Shown piece by piece: positions 63,492-64,000 of a stretch of DNA of 64,000 nt; position 1 is the first letter of the stretch; each line of letters opens with the position of its first letter. Position numbers and translations under genes: made by a program. Below the pieces are notes generated by a model. It was not told the DNA's origin. It saw nothing but the letters and a program-made list of their open reading frames with translations, and made no database searches. The DNA is from Bdellovibrionota bacterium. Its GTDB lineage: Bacteria; Bdellovibrionota; UBA2428. The stretch covers positions 58,285 through 122,284 of the forward strand of contig JBIKUK010000007.1 of NCBI GenBank assembly GCA_044347615.1. The letters run 5' to 3'.

Positions 63492-64000
63492 TTATTGATT
63501 TTGAATGCTTGAGCTGTCGCCACCGAAAAAGCTACCACCCCAGGAGACAACGGTTCCGTCATATTTGAGTGCTGCAAATGCACCGAAGTTACTAGAGATA
63601 GTTTCGATATCTGTGAGGTTGACTCCTGTGCTATCGCCACCATAGTCACCATCTCCCCAGGAGACAACGGTGCCGTCGTTTTTAAGTGCAGCAAATGCAT
63701 ACAAGCTGCTAAAAATAGTTTTTATGTCATTGAGATCAACGCCGGAGGGGACAGTAACTCTATCACCCCAGGAGACAACGGTGCCGTCGTTTTTAAGTGC
63801 AGCAAATGCACCGAAGTTATTGAAGATAGTTTTGACATCTGTGAGATTAAGTCCTGTGCTGTCGCTACCGTAATTGCTATCACCCCAGGTGACGACTGTG
63901 CCGTCATTCTTAAGCGCTGCAAATGCTCCACTAGTACCATAAATAGTTTTGACATCTGTGAGATCAACGTTTGTGCTATCACCACCACTGCCACCCCAAG
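63492..64000 (-). CDS. 3' part of another RCC1-like repeat protein (5' end beyond the window)
   Basis: Frame is open from the window edge: WGGSGGDSTNVDLTDVKTIYGTSGAFAALKNDGTVVTWG... about 4.5 repeats to SSSIQNQ* at 63492. The 70-aa ORF in the track is only its tail. Confidence 0.85.
   Translation of the reverse strand, partial: WGGSGGDSTNVDLTDVKTIYGTSGAFAALKNDGTVVTWGDSNYGSDSTGLNLTDVKTIFNNFGAFAALKNDGTVVSWGDRVTVPSGVDLNDIKTIFSSLYAFAALKNDGTVVSWGDGDYGGDSTGVNLTDIETISSNFGAFAALKYDGTVVSWGGSFFGGDSSSIQNQ

Noticed and set aside
55453-64000. Diversity-generating retroelement as the cause of loop variability
   Set aside because: No reverse transcriptase in the window, no TR/VR pair, and differences between repeats are not adenine-specific.
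1-64000. tRNA, rRNA, riboswitch, IS, integrase or prophage genes
   Set aside because: Intergenic gaps are short and none showed a cloverleaf or known aptamer by eye; no ORF has transposase, integrase or phage motifs. A covariance-model scan was not possible, so small RNAs cannot be fully excluded.

Overview
A gene-dense, AT-rich bacterial chromosome segment. Gene order (yceD-rpmF-fab cluster-rpiB-glyA-nrdR; zapA-ygfA-rny-ymdB-tyrS; rimP-nusA-infB-truB-rpsO-pnp-dut) and the many secreted orphan proteins suggest a deltaproteobacterial-type organism, most plausibly Bdellovibrionota; this is inference, no search was run. Housekeeping genes cover FAS II, 2-oxoglutarate dehydrogenase, FtsY, RNase Y, MutS, MreB, translation/RNA-processing genes and acyl-CoA metabolism. 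Interspersed accessory genes include a Cys-rich Ig-like lipoprotein with a TSR-like tail, a GAF-GAF-GGDEF cyclase, an L,D-transpeptidase, a P-type ATPase, a collagen-like protein, a lysozyme-like orphan, gmd plus a GT4 enzyme, a Gly/Pro low-complexity protein, an OM beta-barrel and two paralogous orphan lipoproteins. Four signals stand out. (1) A right-end locus of secreted IPT-stalk/RCC1-like-propeller genes (one intact, one internally deleted remnant, one running off the window) whose repeats have DNA-identical frameworks and hypervariable loops; this is a candidate recombination-diversified adhesin system. (2) Many genes with a -10 box 5-8 nt before the start codon and no Shine-Dalgarno, suggesting widespread leaderless translation, including one bidirectional promoter. 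(3) An IF2 with a ~47-aa G-domain insertion where a/eIF5B have one. (4) Candidate sigma-54 and sigma-28 regulons over the accessory secreted genes. No rRNA, tRNA, CRISPR array, transposase or integrase was recognised.
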